53,887 nt of DNA from Patescibacteria group bacterium (GTDB taxonomy: Bacteria; Patescibacteriota; Patescibacteriia; Magasanikbacterales; UBA922): the NCBI GenBank assembly GCA_035290345.1, contig DATDUP010000006.1, positions 1 through 53,887 on the forward strand, given 5' to 3'. Both the position numbers and the translations under genes were made by a program. The notes beneath the pieces were generated by a model that saw nothing but the letters and a program-made list of their open reading frames with translations, had not been told where the DNA came from and did no database searches. Positions 42,215 through 51,777 of this stretch are shown in pieces (positions within the stretch are counted from its first letter, which is position 1; every line of letters begins with the position of its first letter).

Positions 42215-45190
42215 CTATTCCACTCGTAATTTGGTTTGAGAAGCGGCCGAGATTTGATCGGTGATGGAAATGGCTTCAGCTTCTAGTTTCCAGTCACCAG
42301 GCGGAAGCGAATTAATTTTTACCGGAATTTTGAAGTCAATTAAATTGGCGAAGTCGGTGATGGAAATGTAAAGATTTTTTTCGTTGTTCTGGTAGAGATA
42401 GATTTTTATTTCTTTTATTTCTGATAAACGGAAAGGGTTGAGAAAAAGAGTGGTGGGAAAAGAGGACGTGGTTTGTTCGTCTTTGCTCCAACTGACACCG
42501 GGTAATTCTGTCTCGGCCTGTAATTTAAAGAGAACCTCTTTTTCTATTAGATTACCAACATCATCTTCGGCAATGACCCGAAGGATGTGAGTTCCATTTT
42601 CTAGCCATTTGATGTATTTGTTTAGGTTGAAAGGATGTTCTTTGATTATTCCAGCGGGGAGATTGTCAATTTCATAACTGACTTTGTTTATTCCCCGCGG
42701 TGCACTCACCCGGATGTCGGTGTCTATTTGTCTGGTGGTGAAGATCTCGTTTTCTTTAGGGAAAACAATTTCTAAAGTAGGAATGAGTTCCAAAGAATGC
42801 GAGTCGTCAAAGTCTGAAGGGGGGTCAGAAAAGATAATACTCCAGTTTGGATCTTTGGCTTTTTGGCGATTGGCCCAATCTTGGATGGCGGCTTCCCAAA
42901 TTAGGTATTGAGGATCATCTTCCGGGTGTTCGGGGATTGGTCCGAGAGGATCGTCTTTTTTTACATAATGCAAAATGCAGTGAGCAGGCACATAGGTTCT
43001 GGTTTCAATATATTTTTCCGGAGTAGAGCTGGTGGCAATTTTTCCTGTAACCTTGTCTACCAACAAGGTGACAGAACCGCCCGTAGAACCGCGCAAAACA
43101 GGCTTTTCCGCGGTATTAGGTGGTGGTAATGGAAAGTTCTCAATTGGACTGTTGGCAAGGGCCAAACGCATGTATTCATTCCAGATCTCTCCAGCTACCC
43201 GACTGCCGCCATATCCTTGTTTCATAGGAGTGTTATTGGTGTTGCCTGCCCAAACTCCAGTAACCAGGGAGGGGGTGTAGCCCATGGTCCAGGCATCAAC
43301 ATAGTTGTTTGTGGTACCGGTTTTGGCCGCCACCGGACGGCCGGGGAGGGTTAAGGAGCTGTTGGTTCCAAAAACATAGGCCCGGGCCGCGTCATCGCTT
43401 AATACATTAGAGACGAGGCTGGTTATTTCCGGTTTAAGAACTGGTTCTCCTTTTTCTGTTTTCCATTCATATATTTTTTCTCCCTCGGCGTCTTCAACGC
43501 GGAGAATACTCACCGGCTTGTGTTTGGTGCCATTGTTGGCTAGGGTGGCATAGGCGCTGGTGTGTTCCAAAAGATTGACCTCACCACCACCCAAGACCAA
43601 AGACAGTCCAGCCGATTCAGCCTTGAGAGTGGTGTAGCCGAGACGTTCAGCAAATTTTACTGCCTGCCCAGTACCCACCAAGTACATGGTTTTCACTGCC
43701 GGAATATTGAGTGAGCCTTGTAAGGCTTGGCGCATCGTAACTGGCCCGCGCTCAGTCAAATCATAATTAAGAGGACGGTAGGGCTTGCCTGAAACAGCGA
43801 AATCAGTAATGACATCAAACAGGATTGTTTCCGGAGTGTAGCCAAGTTCAAAAGCAGCGGTATAGATAATTGGCTTGAAGGAAGAACCGGGTTGACGTTT
43901 ACCTAAAGTGGCGACATTAAACTGGCCATTTATTTCATCATTAAAAAAATCACGTGACCCGACCATGGCCAGAATTTCTCCAGTTTTGGGGTTGAGAGAA
44001 ACTAGGGCCGTATTGTTGGCCTGAGCTTCTAAAAGTTTTTCTTCGTTGTTTTTGATGGCCGTTTCAGCGGCTTGTTGTTTGTCCCAGTCGAGGCTGGTAA
44101 TGACTTTTAGCCCACCAGTATCAACGGCCTGTTCTCCGTATAGGTCGATTAATTGTTTTTTTACATAAAGGACAAAGTGCGGGGCTTGGATATTGGTTAA
44201 ATTGTTTTTTATGTTTATTGATTCGGCCTGAGCATTGTCCGCCTCTTCGCGGGACAAGTATCCTTCTTCAAACATTCTTTCCAAAACAAAGTCGCGACGA
44301 TTTTTTAGAGCGACCAGATCATGGAGATATATGGATGGACCTTTGGGTAATCCGGCTAAGATGGCTGATTCGGACAGGGTTAAGTCTGAAACATGTTTTC
44401 CAAAGTAGGCCTGGGACGCCGCTTCTACTCCGTAGTTGACAGAACCGTAAGGAATTTCGTTGAAGTATATTTTTAATATTTGTTCCTTAGTATATTTTTG
44501 TTCCAGACGCAAAGACAGCACAATCTCTTTTATTTTTCGGCTTATTTTTCTTTCATTAGTAAGGATGGCGTTACGAACTAGTTGTTGGGTAATGGTTGAA
44601 GTACCGCCAATACGTTTGCTGGTGAAAATGCCGACAACCATGGCTCGGACAATGCTTAATGGCCGCACCCCTTTGTGTTCATAGAATTTGGTGTCTTCCG
44701 TGGCAATGACTCCATTAATTAAATCCTTTGGTACTTCCTCTAATTCCACCAGAGTTCTTTTTTCTTGGGCATATACTTCATAAAGGATGTGCTGGCCGGT
44801 CCGGTCATATATTTTAGTACTTTGGGCCACCTGGCGGTCAGTAAGACGGTCAGGGTCAGGCAGGTCCCGGCTTACCCAAGCTACGACAATTGAGCCAAAA
44901 AGGAAGGTAAAAACCAAAGCGACCAGACCAGAAAGCAGGATTTGTCGTTTTAGCTGTTTTTTTGTCCTTTCTTTTAATTTTGGCTTTTTTTCCCAAAAAA
45001 AGGCTAGAACCAGGACAAAGTATTTGAGGACGAAAAGGATGATTTTTATCGGTAAAATTACCCAAGAATACCAGTTTTGCTGTTTTGCCTTGCCCCACTT
45101 TTCTTTAATGATTTGACCGTGTTTAGATCCCCGATGTTTATTGTCAGGGTTAGCATAACCATAAGAACGGCTCTTGTCTTTGTTGGTCAT
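42215..45190 (-). CDS. bifunctional class A penicillin-binding protein (PBP1A-type) with extended N- and C-terminal regions
   Basis: GT51 motifs EDTKFYEHKGV and RKIKE. Transpeptidase motifs SSFKP, SLN and KTGTT. The pre-TM cytoplasmic head is about 35 aa. The C-terminal region of about 250 aa is Ig-like and beta-rich. Confidence 0.9.
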   Translation of the reverse strand: MTNKDKSRSYGYANPDNKHRGSKHGQIIKEKWGKAKQQNWYSWVILPIKIILFVLKYFVLVLAFFWEKKPKLKERTKKQLKRQILLSGLVALVFTFLFGSIVVAWVSRDLPDPDRLTDRQVAQSTKIYDRTGQHILYEVYAQEKRTLVELEEVPKDLINGVIATEDTKFYEHKGVRPLSIVRAMVVGIFTSKRIGGTSTITQQLVRNAILTNERKISRKIKEIVLSLRLEQKYTKEQILKIYFNEIPYGSVNYGVEAASQAYFGKHVSDLTLSESAILAGLPKGPSIYLHDLVALKNRRDFVLERMFEEGYLSREEADNAQAESINIKNNLTNIQAPHFVLYVKKQLIDLYGEQAVDTGGLKVITSLDWDKQQAAETAIKNNEEKLLEAQANNTALVSLNPKTGEILAMVGSRDFFNDEINGQFNVATLGKRQPGSSFKPIIYTAAFELGYTPETILFDVITDFAVSGKPYRPLNYDLTERGPVTMRQALQGSLNIPAVKTMYLVGTGQAVKFAERLGYTTLKAESAGLSLVLGGGEVNLLEHTSAYATLANNGTKHKPVSILRVEDAEGEKIYEWKTEKGEPVLKPEITSLVSNVLSDDAARAYVFGTNSSLTLPGRPVAAKTGTTNNYVDAWTMGYTPSLVTGVWAGNTNNTPMKQGYGGSRVAGEIWNEYMRLALANSPIENFPLPPPNTAEKPVLRGSTGGSVTLLVDKVTGKIATSSTPEKYIETRTYVPAHCILHYVKKDDPLGPIPEHPEDDPQYLIWEAAIQDWANRQKAKDPNWSIIFSDPPSDFDDSHSLELIPTLEIVFPKENEIFTTRQIDTDIRVSAPRGINKVSYEIDNLPAGIIKEHPFNLNKYIKWLENGTHILRVIAEDDVGNLIEKEVLFKLQAETELPGVSWSKDEQTTSSFPTTLFLNPFRLSEIKEIKIYLYQNNEKNLYISITDFANLIDFKIPVKINSLPPGDWKLEAEAISITDQISAASQTKLRVE

Positions 45191-45379
45191 ATTGCGCTAG
45201 ATTTAGCCAAAAAATACTAGAAATGTAAGTTTAATATATTATATCATACTTGACAAGAAGGAGATAATGTGATACACTCCGTTCGTTCTATAAGATTTAA
45301 GTATACCCAGGTAAACCTAGGGTATACTTTTTTATTAGTCTTAATCGAGCCTGGGCAACCGGACCAAGAACAAGACAGT

Positions 45380-45913
45380 ATGAAAATATTCGGTCGGAAA
45401 ATCAAGAAAAGAGAATTGTTGGAAAATGCCATGGGTTTGGCTATAATTTTGGCTTTTGTCGTGGATATGATGGTGCCAAGAGTAGTGTCTGCTCAAGCGG
45501 TTGAACCTCAGGCCTACCTTTTTGCCCCCTTGATTGATAATGCCCAGATTACAGAAGCGGTTCAGCCAATGTTCCCTCGTTCTGGCGAAAAGAAGCCGGT
45601 AAGGACTATTTGGGTGATTGCCACTGCTTATTCTTCTGACCCGGCTCAAACTGATGATACGCCTTGTATTCCGGCCAGTGGCTATGATTTGTGTGCTGCT
45701 TACGAGGCCAACGGGGTGGCTGATACCATCGCTGCCAACTTTTTACCTTTACACACACAAGTAAGTTTGCCCGACCTTTATACTAATCAAACTTTTGTGG
45801 TGCGTGACCGTATGAACAAAAAGTATGGTTACGGGCGTATTGATATCTGGATGCCGACTTATAAAGAAGCCAAAGACTTTGGTGTTCAGAGGATTCAGAT
45901 GAATATCTACTAA
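45380..45913 (+). CDS. secreted 3D-domain (MltA/RlpA-like double-psi beta-barrel) protein
   Basis: Signal/anchor helix, then ATAYSSDPAQTDDTPCIPASG...VVRDRMNKKYGYGRIDIWM. I prefer the internal ATG at 45380. Confidence 0.7.
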   Translation: MKIFGRKIKKRELLENAMGLAIILAFVVDMMVPRVVSAQAVEPQAYLFAPLIDNAQITEAVQPMFPRSGEKKPVRTIWVIATAYSSDPAQTDDTPCIPASGYDLCAAYEANGVADTIAANFLPLHTQVSLPDLYTNQTFVVRDRMNKKYGYGRIDIWMPTYKEAKDFGVQRIQMNIY

Positions 45914-45923
45914 TCAAACAAAA

Positions 45924-45958
45924 GACAACACCCGGTACGTACCGGGTGTTTTGTTGTC
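45924..45958. terminator. bidirectional terminator hairpin between convergent genes
   Basis: The perfect palindrome aacacccggtac/gtaccgggtgtt (45927-45950) is extended by gacaac/gttgtc. T-runs are available in both orientations. Confidence 0.7.
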
Positions 45959-45971
45959 AATTGGTCTGTTC

Positions 45972-46532
45972 TTATTTTTCTGATTGGAAGGTGGCGACAA
46001 TAGCATCGATCATTTGTTTATACTCTTGGTCGGTTTTGGTGTCACCCATAGCCAGGGCCTGGATTTCATAATAGCCACCGGTTGCCGGGAGGCGAGCAAT
46101 TAGCTGGAATGTGTGTTGCGGATTTTTTAGTGAGTACCAACCGACAAAATTGTTATTGGAATAAACCTGGACGTTTTCTTGTCCTTTGACATCGTTCAAG
46201 ATGATATCTGAAAAATTTTCCCCCGCCACTTGGACAGTATCAGCCACAGTTTGGGGAACAAAGCCAATAACTATGGAGGCGCCGTCGTCAAAAGAAATTT
46301 GTCCGGAATATATTTTAGTACATTCACTTGTTTTTACTTGACCATCATAGTTGAGATTGGTTAACAAAGACCAATCAGTCGGGCAGGTATAGGAAAAATT
46401 ACTGTCGGTGTCCACATACTTTTGTCCCGGAGTAGTTTCCGGAGAGATGATGGATTGGTTTTGGGGTAAATAACGGAAGATGAGAACGATGGCGACTACC
46501 ACTACGAGGCTGAGAATTATTTTTTTTAACAT
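45972..46532 (-). CDS. hypothetical exported/anchored protein
   Basis: 186 aa with N-terminal hydrophobic helix MLKKIILSLVVVVAIVLIF. I recognise no motif. Confidence 0.55.
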   Translation of the reverse strand: MLKKIILSLVVVVAIVLIFRYLPQNQSIISPETTPGQKYVDTDSNFSYTCPTDWSLLTNLNYDGQVKTSECTKIYSGQISFDDGASIVIGFVPQTVADTVQVAGENFSDIILNDVKGQENVQVYSNNNFVGWYSLKNPQHTFQLIARLPATGGYYEIQALAMGDTKTDQEYKQMIDAIVATFQSEK

Positions 46533-46558
46533 ATACTAACAGGTTAAAATTTATTGTT

Positions 46559-46960
46559 CTATTTTCTGTTTTTTATGATTAGTACGTCTTTTGGAATATC
46601 AAACAGTTCCGGAAAATCATTTATTTTGGCGTTGAAGGCGTAACCTTTTTGCAACAAGTCGGCGAATAATTCGTTTAGTACCAAAATATTAGTCCCTTGT
46701 TTGGTTTCTGGCATAGCAATGGCAAAATGATCATGCTCTGAAAATAATGCCTTGACCTGATTAAAAGTATAATCCATCAATTGGGAATAGGCCAGAATTT
46801 GACCAGCAGCCTGATGCTCATTGGGATTGTTGGACCTGGTCCCAATACGGAACGCAAATTTTTCCTTTACCTCAAAATGATCGCGGATAAAAGTCAAAAC
46901 ATCCTCGAAACGCCAAGGTTCCGTCCTCCCTTCAAAAAAGTTAGGGATTTTAGGTGCCAT
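46559..46960 (-). CDS. hypothetical protein, possibly HopJ-like (very tentative)
   Basis: 133 aa. FEDVLTFIRDHF...NPNEHQAAGQILAYSQL resembles the HopJ/PF08888 pattern as I remember it. I have not verified this. Confidence 0.3.
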   Translation of the reverse strand: MAPKIPNFFEGRTEPWRFEDVLTFIRDHFEVKEKFAFRIGTRSNNPNEHQAAGQILAYSQLMDYTFNQVKALFSEHDHFAIAMPETKQGTNILVLNELFADLLQKGYAFNAKINDFPELFDIPKDVLIIKNRK

Positions 46961-46991
46961 AATGGTTAATTAAGATGAATGAACCGATAAA

Positions 46992-47189
46992 TTATTTTTT
47001 GTTTTGACACTCACTAAGATATTTATTATACATTTCTTTATTCAGTTTGGGGACGGCTGTGTCATCATATGCCTTCCAGTATGCCGCCTCCACACATGGT
47101 CTTTCACTGTTTATTTTCAGAATATAAAGAGTAAGTAGGATTACTGGTATTAAGATGATTAATAGCGAAATGATTAGTATTTTTCTCAC
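46992..47189 (-). CDS. small single-pass membrane protein (65 aa, 2 Cys)
   Basis: MRKILIISLLIILIPVILLTLYIL followed by a polar tail with two cysteines. Confidence 0.4.
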   Translation of the reverse strand: MRKILIISLLIILIPVILLTLYILKINSERPCVEAAYWKAYDDTAVPKLNKEMYNKYLSECQNKK

Positions 47190-47232
47190 AACTTTGGAAT
47201 AATTGATTCAATTATGAATTGGTTGTTCGGTA

Positions 47233-47715
47233 TTATCTTATATTGAATTTTTCTATATCCACTCTTTTCTTGATTATTGAGTCCCGTAACCCGTAGTTAT
47301 TCCAGGCCTTTTTGCCAACCTCATTTTTTACATGCACGGTTAATTCGATGTGTTTTAGTTTTTTGTTTTTAAACCATTTTTTTAATTCCGCTAAAAATTG
47401 TTTGGCAATGCCGTTTTTTCTGGAATTTTTTTCTACGAATATGTCACTTATAAATCCAGTTTTTCTAATTTTGAAAACCGGCGGTCTTGAGCTTATTTCG
47501 CCAAGAGCATAGCCGATGATCTTTTTATCTTCCTCGGCCACCAGGAGTAGTCTTGTTTTGGCGTATATACAGCTCCGGAAAAATTTTTGATAGATCTTGT
47601 TTACATTTTTTACAGGAGCGAAGTAGGGGTCAAAAGCATAGTGTTGTTTTAACAGATTGACGCCGTATTTAGTGATTTTGTTAACATCTTTTAATTTTGC
47701 TTTTCTGACAATCAT
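47233..47715 (-). CDS. GNAT-family N-acetyltransferase
   Basis: 160 aa. IFVEKNSRKNGIAKQFLAELKKW fits the acetyl-CoA motif A (R-x-x-G-x-A). Confidence 0.75.
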   Translation of the reverse strand: MIVRKAKLKDVNKITKYGVNLLKQHYAFDPYFAPVKNVNKIYQKFFRSCIYAKTRLLLVAEEDKKIIGYALGEISSRPPVFKIRKTGFISDIFVEKNSRKNGIAKQFLAELKKWFKNKKLKHIELTVHVKNEVGKKAWNNYGLRDSIIKKRVDIEKFNIR

Positions 47716-47861
47716 ATCAGTTGAATTGGATGAAGAAATTACTTTTATATAATGTCTTTGTGTCTATAATATAGTGGAAGTATATAATGGGCCACGGCCG
47801 TATGTCTAACGTTGTTGGTTTGTGGTTCGGAGCCAGGTGGGTGGCAACATCGGCCAACCCC

Positions 47862-48359
47862 CTATTCTTCAAGATCAATCCAATAGAAACGTAGTCGTTC
47901 CCCTTGGTACACCTTTTTTTGTTGTAATCTACCTTTGTTTTTTTCAATAATCTTTTGCGAGGCGATGTTCGTTTCATTGCATGTCACCAGCACTTTATTA
48001 AGATTCAATTTTTTGGCTTCTTTCAGGGCGAGTGTCAAAATTTTATTACCGTAACCCCTTTTGCGTTTTGATGGTCTTATCGCGTAGCCAATATGTCCAC
48101 CAAAATTACGTAAATTTTTGTTCAATTTATGTCTTATGCTCACGCGTCCAATGAAAGTGTCATTGTCTATGAGCCAAAAAGTCGAGGCGGGGACCATGCC
48201 TTTGGGAAGGTCTGTTCCTCTTTTATAACGCCGGCTCTCTTTAATGTACTCTTCAACTTTTGCGGGATTTCCTTCATTTTGTTGGTCAATTTTAAGGAAT
48301 TCTCTCAATCCGTTTTGAAAACTTTTCTTGTACTTTAATGTGGGCTTGATTAATCGCAT
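47862..48359 (-). CDS. GNAT-family acetyltransferase (COG3981-like)
   Basis: GHIGYAIRPSKRKRGYGNKILTLALKEAKKLNLNKVLVTC. I prefer the internal start MRLIKPTLKYKK (ATG 48357-48359). Confidence 0.7.
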   Translation of the reverse strand: MRLIKPTLKYKKSFQNGLREFLKIDQQNEGNPAKVEEYIKESRRYKRGTDLPKGMVPASTFWLIDNDTFIGRVSIRHKLNKNLRNFGGHIGYAIRPSKRKRGYGNKILTLALKEAKKLNLNKVLVTCNETNIASQKIIEKNKGRLQQKKVYQGERLRFYWIDLEE

Positions 48360-48571
48360 CGTAGAAATTATAGACGAGATGTTAATTACGGCTAACGTTC
48401 CTGGATATGCGAGATTTTGCGGAGCGTAGTGGAGGCAAATATGGGTGGAGGCTTTTGGGTAAAAGCCGTAACCGGGCATGCCGTGTTAATTGATGCATGC
48501 CTTTTCCTTTGTTTTCTGGTAAGAAAACTTGTTTTAAAAATTTTCCAATTTTTTTCTGTTTTGGATTTTAC

Positions 48572-49255
48572 CTATCTTTTCCTTCCTAAATATGACCAAA
48601 ATATTTGGGGCTTATATGAGGTCGGGTTTGGAAGCGGCAAATTATTAAAGAGATAAAGGTGCTCGGTAATAAAATATGGATAGAAATTATTATATATATC
48701 ATCAGATGAAAGCCTGATAGGCCCGTCGTTAGTTGGAGAAGGAATCATCCTATTTGAGAAAGAACGTAAGAAAAAAATTCCCTCTCTTTTTAAAAGAGAC
48801 GCCACCTTCTTTACATATGTTTTTCTATCTGCTATCGGAATGTGATGGAAGCATCCTTGGTCAAAAATAAAATCAAAAGTTCCTTTAAGTCCCTTTTCTT
48901 CCAGTTTCAGAAAATTACAACAAATAAAATTCACATCTGCCCCCACAAGTTTTGTATATTTACAGGCCGTCTCTATTGTTTTAGGGATAAAATCAACACC
49001 GGTAACATTCATACCATGCTTCGCTAAAAAACAAGATTCAACGCCGATACTGCATCCGACCTCAAGGACTTTCATGCCAGGTAAAATTGTCCGATCTTTT
49101 AAGAGTCTTTGAAGCTCTGTCCCAACTGCCAGTGTGACCCATGGCGTATTTGTAAGATCCATCTTATTTTCTTGTTTTTTGTCAAAAAATTTTTTTACAC
49201 TATTTAAATTTGATTGCAATAAAGAATTTTCAAAATTTTCTTGTGGTTTTTCCAT
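48572..49255 (-). CDS. class I SAM-dependent methyltransferase
   Basis: Motif I VLEVGCSIGVESCFLAKHGMNVTGVDF, followed by FDFIFDQGCFHH. Confidence 0.8.
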   Translation of the reverse strand: MEKPQENFENSLLQSNLNSVKKFFDKKQENKMDLTNTPWVTLAVGTELQRLLKDRTILPGMKVLEVGCSIGVESCFLAKHGMNVTGVDFIPKTIETACKYTKLVGADVNFICCNFLKLEEKGLKGTFDFIFDQGCFHHIPIADRKTYVKKVASLLKREGIFFLRSFSNRMIPSPTNDGPIRLSSDDIYNNFYPYFITEHLYLFNNLPLPNPTSYKPQIFWSYLGRKR

Positions 49256-49271
49256 ATTAAGATGGGTATAA

Positions 49272-50276
49272 TTATTTTAATTTAATTATAGTATACAAAT
49301 TAATGGGGCATTTTTCACAATAAAAGAACAAATTTTTTCTAAAATCATCAAATTTTTTACTCTGCCATATTTCCGTGAAGGATGTATTGAATAAATTTCC
49401 CATTATTGGTTCGTGCGTATATTCGACAGCATTGCAAGGATGAACGTCTCCGTTTGCGAGAATTAGGGCGAACCACTGAGGCCTGGTGCACTTGTTTAAT
49501 TTTCGATTTATGGGTTGATATAACCCACTCGCCCAATCGGCATCAGATATTCTGTTAGAAAAGAGATTTTTCAGCGCCGACTCATTCTCGTTGCGGTTTT
49601 TTTCTGGTAAACCAGAAATTTCGGTCAAACAGTCTTTAGTAATTTTATTTCGGAAATTTAAAATTTCGTTAATGTTTAATAGCAACTCTCGATTGAAATC
49701 ACCCTCTAAGTAGGATATCGCCATTTCTGATATTCCCAACTCTCTGTTTAATTTTATCAAACCAGGAATATCTTTATAATTATTTTTGTTTATTAATGTT
49801 TGGGTTTTTATTTTAAAATTAGGAAATTTTTCTTGCAAATTAGAAAAAATTTTTATTGTATTTACAGCACTTTGCCATAATCCAGGTTTGTTCCTCATCC
49901 TGTCGTGTGTATCGGGTTTGTGGCTATATAGCGAAACATAAACGCTGTCTAATCCAGCCTTCACCATGTCCGCAGCTTTATCTGTAGTTAAAACACTGCC
50001 GTTGGTATTTATATTGACGAAACAATTTCTGTTTTTACCCGCTTTAACTAAATCCAAAAGACCGGGGAAAAGAGTTGGCTCGCCTCCGCTTATGTCAATC
50101 CTTTCCAACCCCAAAGCAACAGCTTCATCGAAAATTCTTTGCCAATCTTGAACATGAAGATTATTTTTTCCCGACAAGTTTCTATGAAGAAGTTTCCTTG
50201 TGCCACAAGTGGGACAATTTGCCGTGCAGGCAAAAGTCGGTTTTATAACAAGGTGTTTTATTTTGTATTTATTCAT
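49272..50276 (-). CDS. radical SAM enzyme with C-terminal Cys-rich (SPASM/twitch-like) region
   Basis: CTANCPTC (CxxxCxxC) at the N-terminus, then IDISGGEPTL. The C-terminus has CTRPQW...HPCNAVEY...FFYCEKCPINLY. Confidence 0.8.
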   Translation of the reverse strand: MNKYKIKHLVIKPTFACTANCPTCGTRKLLHRNLSGKNNLHVQDWQRIFDEAVALGLERIDISGGEPTLFPGLLDLVKAGKNRNCFVNINTNGSVLTTDKAADMVKAGLDSVYVSLYSHKPDTHDRMRNKPGLWQSAVNTIKIFSNLQEKFPNFKIKTQTLINKNNYKDIPGLIKLNRELGISEMAISYLEGDFNRELLLNINEILNFRNKITKDCLTEISGLPEKNRNENESALKNLFSNRISDADWASGLYQPINRKLNKCTRPQWFALILANGDVHPCNAVEYTHEPIMGNLFNTSFTEIWQSKKFDDFRKNLFFYCEKCPINLYTIIKLK

Positions 50277-50283
50277 TTTGGAA

Positions 50284-51774
50284 TTATCTATCTGGCTTAA
50301 GCAATGGAAACATCACAACGTCACGCAAATTTGGTTGTTGCGTCAAGAGAGCGATTATTCTATCAATACCCATTCCCCAGCCCGACACCGGCGGCATTCC
50401 ATATTCCATAGCCTCAACAAATTCGTCGTCTTTGAGCATGGCTTCTTCATCTCCGTGTTTTCGCATATCCATTTGTTTTTCAAATCTTTCTTTTTGATCA
50501 ACGGGATCAATCAGTTCGCTATACGCATTAACTATTTCCCATCCATTTATAATCAATTGAAACCGATCAGTTACCATAGGATTATCATCATTTCTTCTAG
50601 CCAAGGGAGAAATATCTATAGGATGATGAATTAGAAAAGTTGGCTCAATAATTTTCTCTCGCGAAGTTGCCTTGTACAATGCGTCTATAAGATTTCCCCG
50701 GCCCAGATTCTCAATTTTATCAATCGAAATTTTTTTCTTCTTAATAATATTTTTTAATTCTTTAACATCGGGAAACTCGTCTATATCGATTCCACAGTCC
50801 TGCAAAATTAAGTTTTTAAAGGAAACTGTTTTCCATGGTAACGAAAGGTCAACTGTTACTAATTCTCCTTTACGATTTAGAATTTCTATTTTTAATTCCC
50901 CATTTATTCTTTTTATAATCTCAGTTAACATCTGCTCTGTAAAACGCATATTCATTTTATAATCCCAATAAGCACAATAATGCTCCACCATGGTAAAATC
51001 TTGCAGATGACTTTGGTCTACACCCTCGTTGCGAAATGATCTAGCCACCTCATAAATTTTCTCAAAACCGCCGATTATTGCCTCTTTAAGATATATTTCT
51101 GGCGCAATTCTCAAATAGACATCATTGCCGTAAGCGTTATGATGAGATTTAAACGGTTTAGCCAAGGCTCCGGAAGGGGTATTGCAAAGAATAGGAGTTT
51201 CAACCTCTGTAAAACCATTATCATGATAATATTTCCTGAGTTCCCACAAAAATCTACTCCTTAATATAAATCTTTTTTTAGTCTCCTCATTCATTATTAG
51301 ATCTAAATATCTTTTTCTATATTTCAATTCCGTGTCTTTTATTCCATGCCATTTTTCCGGAAGCGGCCTCATAGCTTTACTTAAAAATTCGCATCTTTTA
51401 ATCATAATGGAGATTTCCCCTTTTTTTGTTACAAAAACCTCTCCCTCTATACCGAGGAAGTCACCCATATTGAGAAAGTTTAATATCGTTTTATATTCTA
51501 CCTCTCCCATGACATCCTCTTTAAATATAATCTGCACCCTGCTGTAAAAATCTTGCAGATGAGCAAAAGTAATTTTGCCCATGTCTCTTAGCAAAACAAC
51601 TCTTCCTGCAGACTTAACCCTGTCTCCCACTGCCATTTTTTTAATCTGGTCTAAAGTCGTCTCTCTATTATATTTAGATCCAAATGGAACAATTTTTCTT
51701 TCTCTCATCAGTTTAATACTTTCTATACGGCTTCTTCTTTCATCGTTAAGATTTGTCTCTTGACTATTTTGCAT
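50284..51774 (-). CDS. lysS: lysine--tRNA ligase, class II
   Basis: 496 aa. N-terminal OB region, motif 2 YEVARSFRNEGVDQSHLQDFTMVEHY and motif 3 GWGMGIDRIIALLT. Confidence 0.92.
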   Translation of the reverse strand: MQNSQETNLNDERRSRIESIKLMRERKIVPFGSKYNRETTLDQIKKMAVGDRVKSAGRVVLLRDMGKITFAHLQDFYSRVQIIFKEDVMGEVEYKTILNFLNMGDFLGIEGEVFVTKKGEISIMIKRCEFLSKAMRPLPEKWHGIKDTELKYRKRYLDLIMNEETKKRFILRSRFLWELRKYYHDNGFTEVETPILCNTPSGALAKPFKSHHNAYGNDVYLRIAPEIYLKEAIIGGFEKIYEVARSFRNEGVDQSHLQDFTMVEHYCAYWDYKMNMRFTEQMLTEIIKRINGELKIEILNRKGELVTVDLSLPWKTVSFKNLILQDCGIDIDEFPDVKELKNIIKKKKISIDKIENLGRGNLIDALYKATSREKIIEPTFLIHHPIDISPLARRNDDNPMVTDRFQLIINGWEIVNAYSELIDPVDQKERFEKQMDMRKHGDEEAMLKDDEFVEAMEYGMPPVSGWGMGIDRIIALLTQQPNLRDVVMFPLLKPDR

Positions 51775-51777
51775 ATT

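Noticed and set aside
47717-47977. An 86-aa ORF spanning the GNAT-GNAT spacer, and a locally GC-richer segment with imperfect hairpin potential (about 47793-47858) that I briefly considered as a tRNA fragment or small RNA
   Set aside because: The ORF overlaps the 3' end of the GNAT gene 47862..48359 and has no motif. I could not fold the GC-rich segment into a cloverleaf. It sits right after the GNAT stop and is more simply a terminator-like stem. I have not listed it as a feature because no clear U-run follows.
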